Shown here one piece after another: positions 1-8,135 of a stretch of DNA of 29,045 bases. Source of the DNA: a virus (Duplodnaviria; Caudoviricetes). The first letter of the stretch is position 1. The number at the start of each line of letters is the position of its first letter. The position numbers were made by a program, and so were the translations under genes. Under the pieces are notes generated by a model that made no database searches, was not told the DNA's origin, and was given only the letters and a program-made list of their open reading frames with translations. The DNA lies in the IMG/VR virus record IMGVR_UViG_3300032259_000510, positions 1-29,045 of that record; one strand, 5' to 3'.

Positions 1-1
1 C

Positions 2-1276
2 ATCATAACCGGAACCACTTGGCAGAGATGCATGGCATGGAAATGTTTCAGGAGCTGTAGTAGCTGGTGTAAACTGAGGAACAGCTTCAGCATTCCCAGG
101 ATTGTTATTCACAGTAGCCCCACCTACGGGAGCACCACCAACAGGGGCACCATTGTTCACCGGAGCGCGATTGTTCACCGGAGCACCACCGCTAACAGGA
201 GCACCATTGTTTACCGGAGCACCACCATTATTTACGGGAGCACCACCTACAGGGGTATTGTTTACAGGGGCACCATTATTCACAGGAGCACCACCTACCG
301 GAGCATTATTCACAGGAGCACCACCTACAGGATTAGCAACTTGATTATTAACCTGCTGGTTATTATCTACCGGATTGGCAACCTGCCCATTAGCGGCTGT
401 TTCAGTATTTGCAACACCTGTGTTTACGGCCTGATTACCATAACCTGGATTACCACCCTGAAGAGCTGGATGAATAAAGGACTGCTCATTACCAGCCTGA
501 TTTGTTTGATAGAACTCTATTACCTGGTCTGGTGAAGGAATAGGAACTATCTCAGACTTTATCGCATGACAAACCTCTTCCCATTTCCAAGCATTTCCGG
601 TAATGTCAACTGCACCACCATTCATGGAAGGTAAAGACTGTTTATAGTCTCTTTGTCTGGAATTAGGTTTATTTCCGATGATAATCTCAAACATGTAACC
701 CCTCTGTGGATCACAAATGTTAACACCACTGCTTTTCTCAATACGATTGGCATGGAACTGAATCTGATCCATAAGCTCTTTTCCGTAAGTGATAATAACA
801 GGAAATGCAAGCATCCCATTTTCTACGAAAGAAACCAGAGAAGCACAACCGAATCTTTCATTGAGAGACTTGGCTGCTTTATGGAATTCCACACTGGCAG
901 GAGGACTCCCAGTGTAACCCTTATCTTTCACATAACCAAGTTCTTTAGCCTTGGCATACAGGGCGAACTTCTCCCTACAAATAGGACACTGGGTGTCTAT
1001 AAGAGGCTTATTTTGTGTATCAGGCACTGTGTAATCATACGAAGTCCTTCTACAAATAACAGGCTGCCTGTTAATCCAGTGAAAACTTTGCACGATATAG
1101 GGATAGTCAGCACCCTGATAAAAATCAGGACTTAAAGGATAAAACCTTGCCAGATGTGTGCCTAAAGGTAGTGAAGAAGCTCTTACTACGCTTATGTTGT
1201 GCCCGTTACATTGTACTACTTTACCTTGGCTCCCGTTGGAACCACCATCATTGGAACTTTGACCAAATGTTTGCAT
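2..1276 (-). CDS. T4 gp32-like single-stranded DNA-binding protein with a long low-complexity linker (3' end runs off the window)
   Basis: Hand translation from ATG at 1276 (AAGGTG upstream) is open for 425 codons to the edge: MQTFGQSSNDGG...ARFYP...PYIVQSFHWINRQPVICRRT...CPICREKF...IITYGKELMDQI...NICDPQRGYMFEI. The H..C..CxxC zinc pattern, YGK and DPxxGxxF motifs match the gp32 family. Not in the supplied ORF track. Confidence 0.8.
   Translation of the reverse strand, partial: MQTFGQSSNDGGSNGSQGKVVQCNGHNISVVRASSLPLGTHLARFYPLSPDFYQGADYPYIVQSFHWINRQPVICRRTSYDYTVPDTQNKPLIDTQCPICREKFALYAKAKELGYVKDKGYTGSPPASVEFHKAAKSLNERFGCASLVSFVENGMLAFPVIITYGKELMDQIQFHANRIEKSSGVNICDPQRGYMFEIIIGNKPNSRQRDYKQSLPSMNGGAVDITGNAWKWEEVCHAIKSEIVPIPSPDQVIEFYQTNQAGNEQSFIHPALQGGNPGYGNQAVNTGVANTETAANGQVANPVDNNQQVNNQVANPVGGAPVNNAPVGGAPVNNGAPVNNTPVGGAPVNNGGAPVNNGAPVSGGAPVNNRAPVNNGAPVGGAPVGGATVNNNPGNAEAVPQFTPATTAPETFPCHASLPSGSGYD
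107..330 (-). repeat. Coding tandem repeats (GAPVNN / GAPVGG units) inside the SSB linker
   Basis: Plus strand shows recurring GGAGCACCAC / GGAGCACCATTGTT units; the minus frame reads PVGGAPVNNAPVGGAPVNNGAPVNNTPVGGAPVNNGGAPVNN..., with variation mostly at third codon positions. Confidence 0.9.
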
Positions 1277-1291
1277 GTGTTTAACACCTTT

Positions 1292-1834
1292 CTATCCTAA
1301 ATTACCGATTGACTTTAACTCTTCTTTTTTCCTGCGGCTAATCTCAATTAAGTCGTCTTGCTTTAATAAAAGCGCTTTCATAATGACTTTGAGCTTATTT
1401 TCCGCTCCGTTGAGTTTTACAATCTCTGCTTTTACCTCTGAGAGTTGATTCAATTGCCCTTTAATGGCGATGACTTGTTCATCAGAATTTTGAAGATTCT
1501 CAAGAACTTTGTCAGTACACCGAGCACTCGCCTGTTGCAATTCCATCTGCTTTTGCAAATAGACAGCAGACTTTCGCACTTGTAAGCTATCGTTCAGCTT
1601 TTCTTTTTGAGCGGCTAAACTCACTTCAAGGTTTTCTCTTGCCTCAAGAATCTTGGCAGAGATTGAACCGTAGAAATAATATGCTCCGCAGACTTTATGC
1701 AGCTCGGCCACTTCATCGACTATATCAGCAATGCTACAATCGTTACGTGGGTAAGCTTTACATACTTGGCCTTGGCGCACATGAGTCAATTCCTCTTCAA
1801 TCTCATGATCCTTAAGGAAATCTCTTAAGTCCAT
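1292..1834 (-). CDS. UvsY-like coiled-coil recombination mediator (putative)
   Basis: Helical ~180-aa protein with YYFYG, TDKVLENLQNSDEQV and KALLLKQDDLIEISRRKKEE, resembling phage UvsY-like proteins. Immediately upstream of the gp32-like gene. ATG at 1834 follows AAGGA (track start is TTG at 1840). Confidence 0.5.
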   Translation of the reverse strand: MDLRDFLKDHEIEEELTHVRQGQVCKAYPRNDCSIADIVDEVAELHKVCGAYYFYGSISAKILEARENLEVSLAAQKEKLNDSLQVRKSAVYLQKQMELQQASARCTDKVLENLQNSDEQVIAIKGQLNQLSEVKAEIVKLNGAENKLKVIMKALLLKQDDLIEISRRKKEELKSIGNLG

Positions 1835-1870
1835 AGACAAATTCCTTCTAACTGTTTGAAATTATAGGAA

Positions 1871-2046
1871 TTAGTTTTGACAGAGTTACGCTGCTAAATA
1901 TTTTTGGTTAGTTTTTACAGAATTACGCTGAGGTTTGAAGCTAAGGAACCATACAATTTTCTGCATCATGTGGTTAGAGCGTACTTCTTAGTACGGAACG
2001 TCAGCCTATATTAAATTTTGAGGTTAGTTTTTGCAGAATTGCGCTG
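1871..2046. repeat. Three dispersed 23-bp direct repeats in a non-coding leader
   Basis: TTAGTTTTGACAGAGTTACGCTG (1871-1893), TTAGTTTTTACAGAATTACGCTG (1908-1930), TTAGTTTTTGCAGAATTGCGCTG (2024-2046). Confidence 0.85.
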
Positions 2047-2143
2047 CTGAGTTTTTGTATACTTTCTAAGTTTTCTCTGGAAGACTTACTGCGAAGACTT
2101 ATACTGCTTCAAAATGCTTCATGAAATTCTTGCGTATGAAATT

Positions 2144-2172
2144 AATATAATACACTTGGAATCATTTGTCAA
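2144..2172 (-). promoter_or_regulatory. Sigma70-type promoter for the uvsY-like/ssb unit
   Basis: Minus strand TTGACA (2172-2167), 17 nt spacer, TATATT (2149-2144). Confidence 0.65.
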
Positions 2173-2692
2173 GGAAAATTTCGTCTAAAACGATTTTTTT
2201 AATCACGTCATCCTTGTCCCATAGTTCAAGGTGTTTTTCTGAGATACCCTCCCTGAGTCCGTAAGCTAAAAGAAAATAAGGATCACCTTTTCCTGTTACA
2301 GAAAGTGATCGAATGGCTTCACCTATAATAATGCCAAATTCTTGTAAATTTTTTACCTGTATTTTAGATTTTTTTATAGAAACCCTGATTTTTTGTTCTT
2401 CAGTAAGGTCAATATTATGAGCTAACTCATAGTCTTTATAAAGACTTAGAGCCTCATGATCCTTGAATAAAAAAATTGTTGGATATCTTTTATTTTTTTT
2501 GTAATAAGAGTCAACAACAGCATCGACTAGTCTTTTTGGGTCCAAGTCGTTTTTTACAATGAACCGGCCAATCGATTTTATTACTCTGTCAAGATTCTTA
2601 TCTTTTTCCAAAGTTGCTGCTGTTATCTTTTTCCAATTTGGAACCCTCTCATTGTACGAATTGAGAAACAATGAGATAGGATTGATCATCAT
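2162..2692 (-). CDS. Hypothetical protein (176 aa)
   Basis: Open frame with GGAGG RBS and an upstream promoter; no recognisable motif. Confidence 0.8.
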   Translation of the reverse strand: MMINPISLFLNSYNERVPNWKKITAATLEKDKNLDRVIKSIGRFIVKNDLDPKRLVDAVVDSYYKKNKRYPTIFLFKDHEALSLYKDYELAHNIDLTEEQKIRVSIKKSKIQVKNLQEFGIIIGEAIRSLSVTGKGDPYFLLAYGLREGISEKHLELWDKDDVIKKIVLDEIFLDK

Positions 2693-2713
2693 GGCGTAGC
2701 CTCCTATAACTAA

Positions 2714-2741
2714 ATCTTAACATAGGTCAGACAAATGTCAA
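2714..2741 (-). promoter_or_regulatory. Sigma70-type leftward promoter
   Basis: Minus strand TTGACA (2741-2736), 16 nt spacer, TAAGAT (2719-2714) with extended -10 TG. Confidence 0.6.
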
Positions 2742-2760
2742 CTAAAGAATTCTATTATTT

Positions 2761-3012
2761 GGGGGAGACTGGGAGCGAAGCGACTAGTCTTCACCACTGC
2801 CGAAGGCAGCAAAGAGTAAACTCTATTCTTCCTCAGTCTCTCAGGAAAAACGATATATACAAAGTAGCTTTACTACTACGTAGTAGTAGTAAAGCTTACT
2901 TTGTTAATATACTAATTATTATTATTAGAATCTATTGTTTCTATATATTTAATTATTATATTTATAATACACGTTTTAGCTATATACTACGTAGTAGTAT
3001 ATAGCTAAAACG
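2761..3012. other. Hairpin cluster with AT-rich core at the strand switch; candidate replication origin
   Basis: GC-GAA-GC (2775-2781) within a longer stem, CTGCC-GAA-GGCAG (2797-2809), an inverted repeat at 2859-2904 and a perfect 19-bp inverted repeat at 2972-3012, with a very AT-rich stretch between the last two. The origin role is inferred. Confidence 0.55.
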
Positions 3013-3048
3013 GTTGTTATTTCAGGTTAATCTTTTTAGAAAAAGTTG

Positions 3049-3077
3049 TTGCATACCCCCAGGCTTTCTGTTATCAT
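3049..3077 (+). promoter_or_regulatory. Sigma70-type rightward promoter
   Basis: TTGCAT (3049-3054), 17 nt spacer, TATCAT (3072-3077) with extended -10 TG; AGGAGG RBS and ATG 3110 follow. Confidence 0.6.
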
Positions 3078-3109
3078 AGTTTGAAGTCTATTTTTTCTTA
3101 GGAGGACTT

Positions 3110-3544
3110 ATGAAACTAGGTACGCTGATACGTCATGCTTTTAAGCTTAAGACTGAGAATATACGGGTTTACTCATCGTTTATGGACTACTTTGAGACTT
3201 TCAGCACTTTTGAATACACAGAGACTATGGGCTTTTTTGCCCATAGAAAAGAATTTAAAAGTATATCGCAGTCTCTCTTTGTTTTTAAAAATAAAGCTCA
3301 CTCATACGCTCACTTATCTTGTAGAGTGAATCCCTTAGATTTTACACAAGCTATCGCAGTACCAACAGATCATGCTTTGAAAAAATATAAGGAACTCATT
3401 AGTTCTTTTGGTTTTGTAATTAACCCAGGACTTAAACAGATTGATGAAACAAAGAAACAAGAAGTATTTAAAATATACGAAGAAATTAACGACATTGTTG
3501 ATAACTTACCTGAGTCTATTCAGCAAACAATGAAAGCGAAGTAG
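3110..3544 (+). CDS. Hypothetical protein (144 aa)
   Basis: Strong AGGAGG RBS; stop codon is 1 nt from the helicase start. Confidence 0.8.
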   Translation: MKLGTLIRHAFKLKTENIRVYSSFMDYFETFSTFEYTETMGFFAHRKEFKSISQSLFVFKNKAHSYAHLSCRVNPLDFTQAIAVPTDHALKKYKELISSFGFVINPGLKQIDETKKQEVFKIYEEINDIVDNLPESIQQTMKAK

Positions 3545-3545
3545 T

Positions 3546-5261
3546 ATGGAATTTAAAATCGGTAGAAAATTTCTCGTGGTGAAGACTCATGCGAAATACC
3601 AATCAACAATGCTTAAGACATGCGGGTCTCCTTTATGGATTCCAAAAGGGGCTTTTTATCTTTGTCCATTGCAGCCTAGTTTTATTAGAAATTTTTGTAT
3701 AGTATTTAAACTCAATAATATAGGTCTTAATACTTTACTAAATCAGTGCATTCAACGTGATAGACGTTACGTTCAGATCATGAATGAATGTGAATACTAT
3801 CGAGAGAACGAACACTTACCTACACCTATTGATAATTTTCCAGTCTTCGCTAAGGGAATGCGCCATGCTCAGAAAGTTACACTGTACGCCTCCTTTCAGA
3901 TTCCTCGGTTCGGTTCTTTCTTGGATATGGGTATTGGAAAAAGTAAAGTTGCGATAGACAATGTTTCTCTCCGATTTGCATATAAGCAGGCTAAAACAGT
4001 TCTCGTAGTATGCCCAAAATTAAACGTCTTTAATACTTGGCTTCCTGAGTTTGAAAAACATAGTAAATTAAAAGTTCCTATTATGCCAATAGTAGGTAGT
4101 AAAAATGATAAAATAGACCTTTTGTTCAACGAAAACAGGGAGTTCTATGTTCATGTAATGACCTATGATACCCTATGGAGATACATAGATAAACTACCTA
4201 TGTATGATATTGTAATCTTTGATGAATCAAGAGCTTTAGGTAACGCTAAATCTAACAGAAGTGATGCAGCTTTTCAAGTTTCAGTGAATGCAAAATATGT
4301 AATGGAGGCAACTGGAACTCCAAATACACTTAAAAATATGAAGGACGTCTTTTCACAATATAAGGTTATGACGTTAGGGCAGACTTTTGGACTTCGATAT
4401 CAAGACTTTCTTGAAGAATATTTTATGGATATTGGGAAACACTTTCCTTTGTGGGTACTTAAGAAAGGTAGTTTCGATATAATTCAACGACTTATGTTTA
4501 CGGTGGCGATCTCTTATAAGAAAGAAGACTGTATGGATTTGCCGCCTCGGACAATGAAGCACGAGTATATTCTTCCTACGAAATTTCAAAGATATTTTAT
4601 GGATTGTTTTGATGAAGGTTTCAGTCTTATAAACCCAAATCTTAAAATAAAGAAATTTTTTGAAGAAAACGATATCAATTATGACAAAGAAGTAAAAGCC
4701 ATAAATGATGCAATTCCAATAAGTAAGGTAACTAAACTTCAAGAAATCACTAGTGGTTTCTATAAACCTTTTACTGACAAAAATATAGTAGCCACATTTC
4801 CTTCAACAAAAGTTGACGCTACTTTAGAAATTCTGGATACGATCCCTAATGAAAAGGTTATTATATGGTGCCGTTTTTCAGAAGATGTGGAGAATCTACA
4901 AGCTGTCTTAAAGAAGAAGAAGATAAAATCTTTTCTTATGACTGGCAAGAAGGACGAGATAAAGAAGTGGCAGAAGAGTAAGACTGTAAGGGTTCTTATA
5001 GCGATGGAGCAGGTAGGAAAAGGTATGACTCTTATCGAAACCGCTTATATGATATATTACTCATATAACTATTCTTTAGAGCATTTTCTTCAATCATTAG
5101 ATCGAAATTATAGACATGGTCAATTACGACATGTTTATGTTTTTATTCTTTTGCTTAAAGACACAGTGGATCAAGCAGTTATTAAGATACTGGATACAAA
5201 CCAGCGTTTCTCAAAAAAGCTTACCGCCAAGCGTTTTAAAAAATTAATTCGAGGAAAATAA
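3546..5261 (+). CDS. SNF2-like superfamily 2 helicase/ATPase
   Basis: Motif I LDMGIGKS, Ia LVVCPK, II IFDES, III ATGTP, IV KVIIWCRF, V GKGMTL, VI QSLDRNYRHGQ. Confidence 0.9.
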   Translation: MEFKIGRKFLVVKTHAKYQSTMLKTCGSPLWIPKGAFYLCPLQPSFIRNFCIVFKLNNIGLNTLLNQCIQRDRRYVQIMNECEYYRENEHLPTPIDNFPVFAKGMRHAQKVTLYASFQIPRFGSFLDMGIGKSKVAIDNVSLRFAYKQAKTVLVVCPKLNVFNTWLPEFEKHSKLKVPIMPIVGSKNDKIDLLFNENREFYVHVMTYDTLWRYIDKLPMYDIVIFDESRALGNAKSNRSDAAFQVSVNAKYVMEATGTPNTLKNMKDVFSQYKVMTLGQTFGLRYQDFLEEYFMDIGKHFPLWVLKKGSFDIIQRLMFTVAISYKKEDCMDLPPRTMKHEYILPTKFQRYFMDCFDEGFSLINPNLKIKKFFEENDINYDKEVKAINDAIPISKVTKLQEITSGFYKPFTDKNIVATFPSTKVDATLEILDTIPNEKVIIWCRFSEDVENLQAVLKKKKIKSFLMTGKKDEIKKWQKSKTVRVLIAMEQVGKGMTLIETAYMIYYSYNYSLEHFLQSLDRNYRHGQLRHVYVFILLLKDTVDQAVIKILDTNQRFSKKLTAKRFKKLIRGK

Positions 5262-5323
5262 AACTTTTTTAACTTTATTGTAAAAAATTCAGCCACTTTT
5301 TGGCATTATTATTAGTAGAAGGG
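5262..5323 (+). promoter_or_regulatory. Candidate phage late promoter, copy 1 (upstream of terminase)
   Basis: TGTAAAAAATT-N5-ACTTTTTGGCATTATTAT (5279-5312); both blocks and the spacer length are identical to the copy at 25134-25167. Confidence 0.7.
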
Positions 5324-5396
5324 TATGTTTAGGAGAACATTTTTCTTTAAAACATACTAAAACAAATATTACTACTAATAAATATAGATAGATGTC

Positions 5397-7793
5397 ATGG
5401 CAGACGATACAAATAAAGAATCTACAACGAAAAAGAGTAATGGTAGCTCTAATTATACAGAAGATATGCGTGCTTATGCACGTATGCTCTATCTTCTTGT
5501 AGATGAAGAGACTAATGAACAAAAATACTCTTTAGCTAAAATATGCGATGAAGTAGCTAAACAGTTTTCAGTAAAGAAACCTTCCACTTCAGCTATGTTC
5601 AAGTGGTCTAAAAAGTGGAAAGAGGAACTTTCTACTCGTAAGACTATCCTTAGAGACGAAGACTCTGCTTTATTTGATTATCATAAAGAGACAAATGCTT
5701 ACGTTAATCGTGATAGAGTTGTGAAAGCAATTCTTAATCAATTGCGTACTTGCCTTTTATTATACTCTAAGAGAATGCAAAGATATGGGAACTTAGAAGA
5801 CAAGGTTCTTGCGGCACTTGAATCTCTTGATGGGCTGGACAACGAAGCTTCAAGTATTAAAATACGAAATCTAACACGTCACATTGCATTCGAATCTATA
5901 CAAAAAGGAGTCACCGGCTCCAATAAGTCTTTCTTAACTCAATTAGAACAATTAAATAAGTGGTTAGAAAAAGAAGAAGCTCGTGGTAAAGGTACAGGAG
6001 ACGTTCTTGAAATAAAAGGTGATGAAGTCTGGGAATTTGAGCCTGTTGATATTGAGGAGTTCTTAGATAGCGATGAGTTCTTAGGTTCAATATCCAAGAG
6101 TCTGTTCCCTTGTGTTAGGAAAGATATTATAAATATATTTTGGGGGAATCCACGGCAGCTTTTAGAAAAAAGACGTTTCAAGGAAATCATATTTAAAGAA
6201 GCTTATGGTACTGGAAAGTCTGAACGTGCAGCCATAATGTCTACGTATATTACTTATCTTTTATTATGTCTTCGTGACCCTTCTAAGTACTTTGGGTTAT
6301 TACCTGGTAGTAAAATAACCGTTATAAATGTATCAGTCTCTCAGAAACAAGCTAAAGATGTTGTTTTCTCAAAGATAAAAGGAAAGGTAGATCATTGTCC
6401 TTGGTTTAAGAATCATGGATATAGCTACGATCCTAATAATAAGCTTGAACTTCGTTTTGACCCTGCCGACTCTGCTAAGATTGATACAGACAAGGTCTAT
6501 AAAAACTTGTATATAATTCCAGGAAGCAGCAGTCAGTTCTCAGCTCTTGGGTATGACGTTATCTGTGCCATAATAGATGAGGCTACAGCTTATGGTGTTG
6601 AGAATGAGATGGATAAAGCGGAAATAATTTATAATACTCTTAAAGGCCGTGTCTCTTCAAGGTTCGCAAAAGCTGGTATGATTGTTATGGCAGGAAACCC
6701 ACATCATGTTTCAGATTTTCTTGAAGTCAGACTTAAAGATGCCGAAGGTCATAAAGATATCTATATTGTAAAACATCGTAGTATTTGGGAAGCTAGGATG
6801 CCTGATTACGATGGTGACTGGTTTTACTTTGATTATCTAAAGATGAAAGAAGTAGATGAGGTAGAATTCGGAAAAACCGCTGTAGAAAAAATTCCAATTG
6901 TTTATTATGACGATTTTAAGAATGCTCCTGAAATGTCAGTCAGAAACTTAGCGGGTATTTCCCTTGAAAGTATCAGTCGTTTTTTTACAAATATAGATAC
7001 AATTCAGGAAATGTTTGTTAAGTCTGGGAGAAAGAGTCCTGTAAAAGAAGTTATAACAACTACGGAATTAGAACGGCCTGAAGATAAACCATCTGAAAGT
7101 AACAGAGCTGTAGAGAAAACAAAAGTTGTTTTTCACAATGGGTTCAAGCCAGTTAATAAAGGGGTACACGCTGTCCATATTGATATTGGTGTCAACAATG
7201 ACGCATTAGGCTTAGTTCTGGGGCACGTTTGTGGGTACGAGAAAGGACTTCAGCAATTTTGGGTAGACTGCGTTATCCGGTTAAAAGGCTCTCAAACAAA
7301 ACCTAATATATTGTCTGATGTACGAGAAATAATATACCAATTATCTCAATTAGGTTTTAATATTAAATATGTGACTTTAGATGGGTATCAAAGTACCGAT
7401 ACTCTTCAGATTCTTACTAGAAGAGGTTACAATGCTGAATACTTATCTGTAGATAAACAGATGGCTCCGTACATTAATTTACGTCAAAGTATTTATGAAG
7501 AAAGAGTAGATTGTCCTTTCGATTCTTTCTTGAAGTATGAATTAGAGACTTTAGAGAATGTTAACGATAAAAAGGTTGACCATCCATTTAAAGGCTCAAA
7601 AGATATAGCAGATGGGTTATGTGGTGTGATTCATACATTGATTGAGAAAGTAAAAGTTGAAAGTATTATGTCAAATAATTATACACGTAAAGTTGATTCT
7701 GACGATGATGAAGAGAAAAAAGAACCGAGAACTGCGGATCAGGTCTTCGACAGCTTTATAGAAAATTTTGGGGAGGAAGGGGTTACTCTTTAA
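5397..7793 (+). CDS. terL: Terminase large subunit with ~210-aa N-terminal HTH-containing extension
   Basis: PVDIEEFLDSDEFLG core start, Walker A AYGTGKS, Walker B AIIDE, coupling motif MAGNP, RNase H-like nuclease HIDIG ... TLDGYQS ... DHPFKGSKDIADG; sits upstream of the portal. Confidence 0.93.
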   Translation: MADDTNKESTTKKSNGSSNYTEDMRAYARMLYLLVDEETNEQKYSLAKICDEVAKQFSVKKPSTSAMFKWSKKWKEELSTRKTILRDEDSALFDYHKETNAYVNRDRVVKAILNQLRTCLLLYSKRMQRYGNLEDKVLAALESLDGLDNEASSIKIRNLTRHIAFESIQKGVTGSNKSFLTQLEQLNKWLEKEEARGKGTGDVLEIKGDEVWEFEPVDIEEFLDSDEFLGSISKSLFPCVRKDIINIFWGNPRQLLEKRRFKEIIFKEAYGTGKSERAAIMSTYITYLLLCLRDPSKYFGLLPGSKITVINVSVSQKQAKDVVFSKIKGKVDHCPWFKNHGYSYDPNNKLELRFDPADSAKIDTDKVYKNLYIIPGSSSQFSALGYDVICAIIDEATAYGVENEMDKAEIIYNTLKGRVSSRFAKAGMIVMAGNPHHVSDFLEVRLKDAEGHKDIYIVKHRSIWEARMPDYDGDWFYFDYLKMKEVDEVEFGKTAVEKIPIVYYDDFKNAPEMSVRNLAGISLESISRFFTNIDTIQEMFVKSGRKSPVKEVITTTELERPEDKPSESNRAVEKTKVVFHNGFKPVNKGVHAVHIDIGVNNDALGLVLGHVCGYEKGLQQFWVDCVIRLKGSQTKPNILSDVREIIYQLSQLGFNIKYVTLDGYQSTDTLQILTRRGYNAEYLSVDKQMAPYINLRQSIYEERVDCPFDSFLKYELETLENVNDKKVDHPFKGSKDIADGLCGVIHTLIEKVKVESIMSNNYTRKVDSDDDEEKKEPRTADQVFDSFIENFGEEGVTL

Positions 7794-7794
7794 T

Positions 7795-8135
7795 ATGACT
7801 GAAATATTGAATCCTGATAATAAACCTGAAATTAATCATAAGAGCGGAATTAAAAAGGAGAATGAAAGCACTAATCTTGAGTGTGTACTCCTAAAGAAAA
7901 TATAGAACATAAAGATAACGTTCTTGGTAAGCATAATAGAGGTGCGAATAGTGGATTAGCTAAATTGACTAATAAAGACATTTACAGTATTTTAAATTTA
8001 GTTAACAATTATAACATAACACAAGTTGAGGTAGCACAAATGTTTAATGTTTGTAAAAGCACCATTTGTCGTATTAAGTCAGGTAAAAGGTGGGGGCACC
8101 TTGAATTAAGAGGATTAGAGTATGGCAACCCTTAG
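7795..8135 (+). pseudogene. Truncated, frameshifted HNH homing endonuclease remnant with C-terminal HTH
   Basis: ATG 7795 reads MTEILNPDNKPEINHKSGIKKENESTNLE; another frame continues CTPKENIEH...AKLT...TQVEVAQMFNVCKSTICRIKSGKRW. Adding one G at GAG-TG-TGT (7879-7886) restores the canonical NLEWCT. Confidence 0.8.

Noticed and set aside
107-330. Repeat region as a CRISPR array
   Set aside because: Units are short, in-frame and degenerate at wobble positions, with no unique spacers; it is a coding repeat.
32-1135. Track ORFs 32..535, 102..344, 653..1135 (+) and 622..819 (-)
   Set aside because: They are antisense or off-frame shadows of the minus-strand gp32-like gene, which has an RBS and family motifs.
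1938-2007. Three-way junction as a hammerhead ribozyme
   Set aside because: It reads CUGACGU rather than CUGANGA, and GAAA is not positioned at the junction.
1871-2046. 23-bp repeats as a mini-CRISPR array
   Set aside because: Gaps are very unequal (14 and 93 nt), repeats are imperfect and no cas genes are in the window.
2735-3004. 89-aa ORF across the hairpin cluster
   Set aside because: No RBS, low-complexity Ile/Tyr translation, and it overlaps a promoter and inverted repeats.
5301-5316. TGGCA in the repeated motif as a sigma54 promoter
   Set aside because: Neither copy has the -12 TTGC element at the required spacing.
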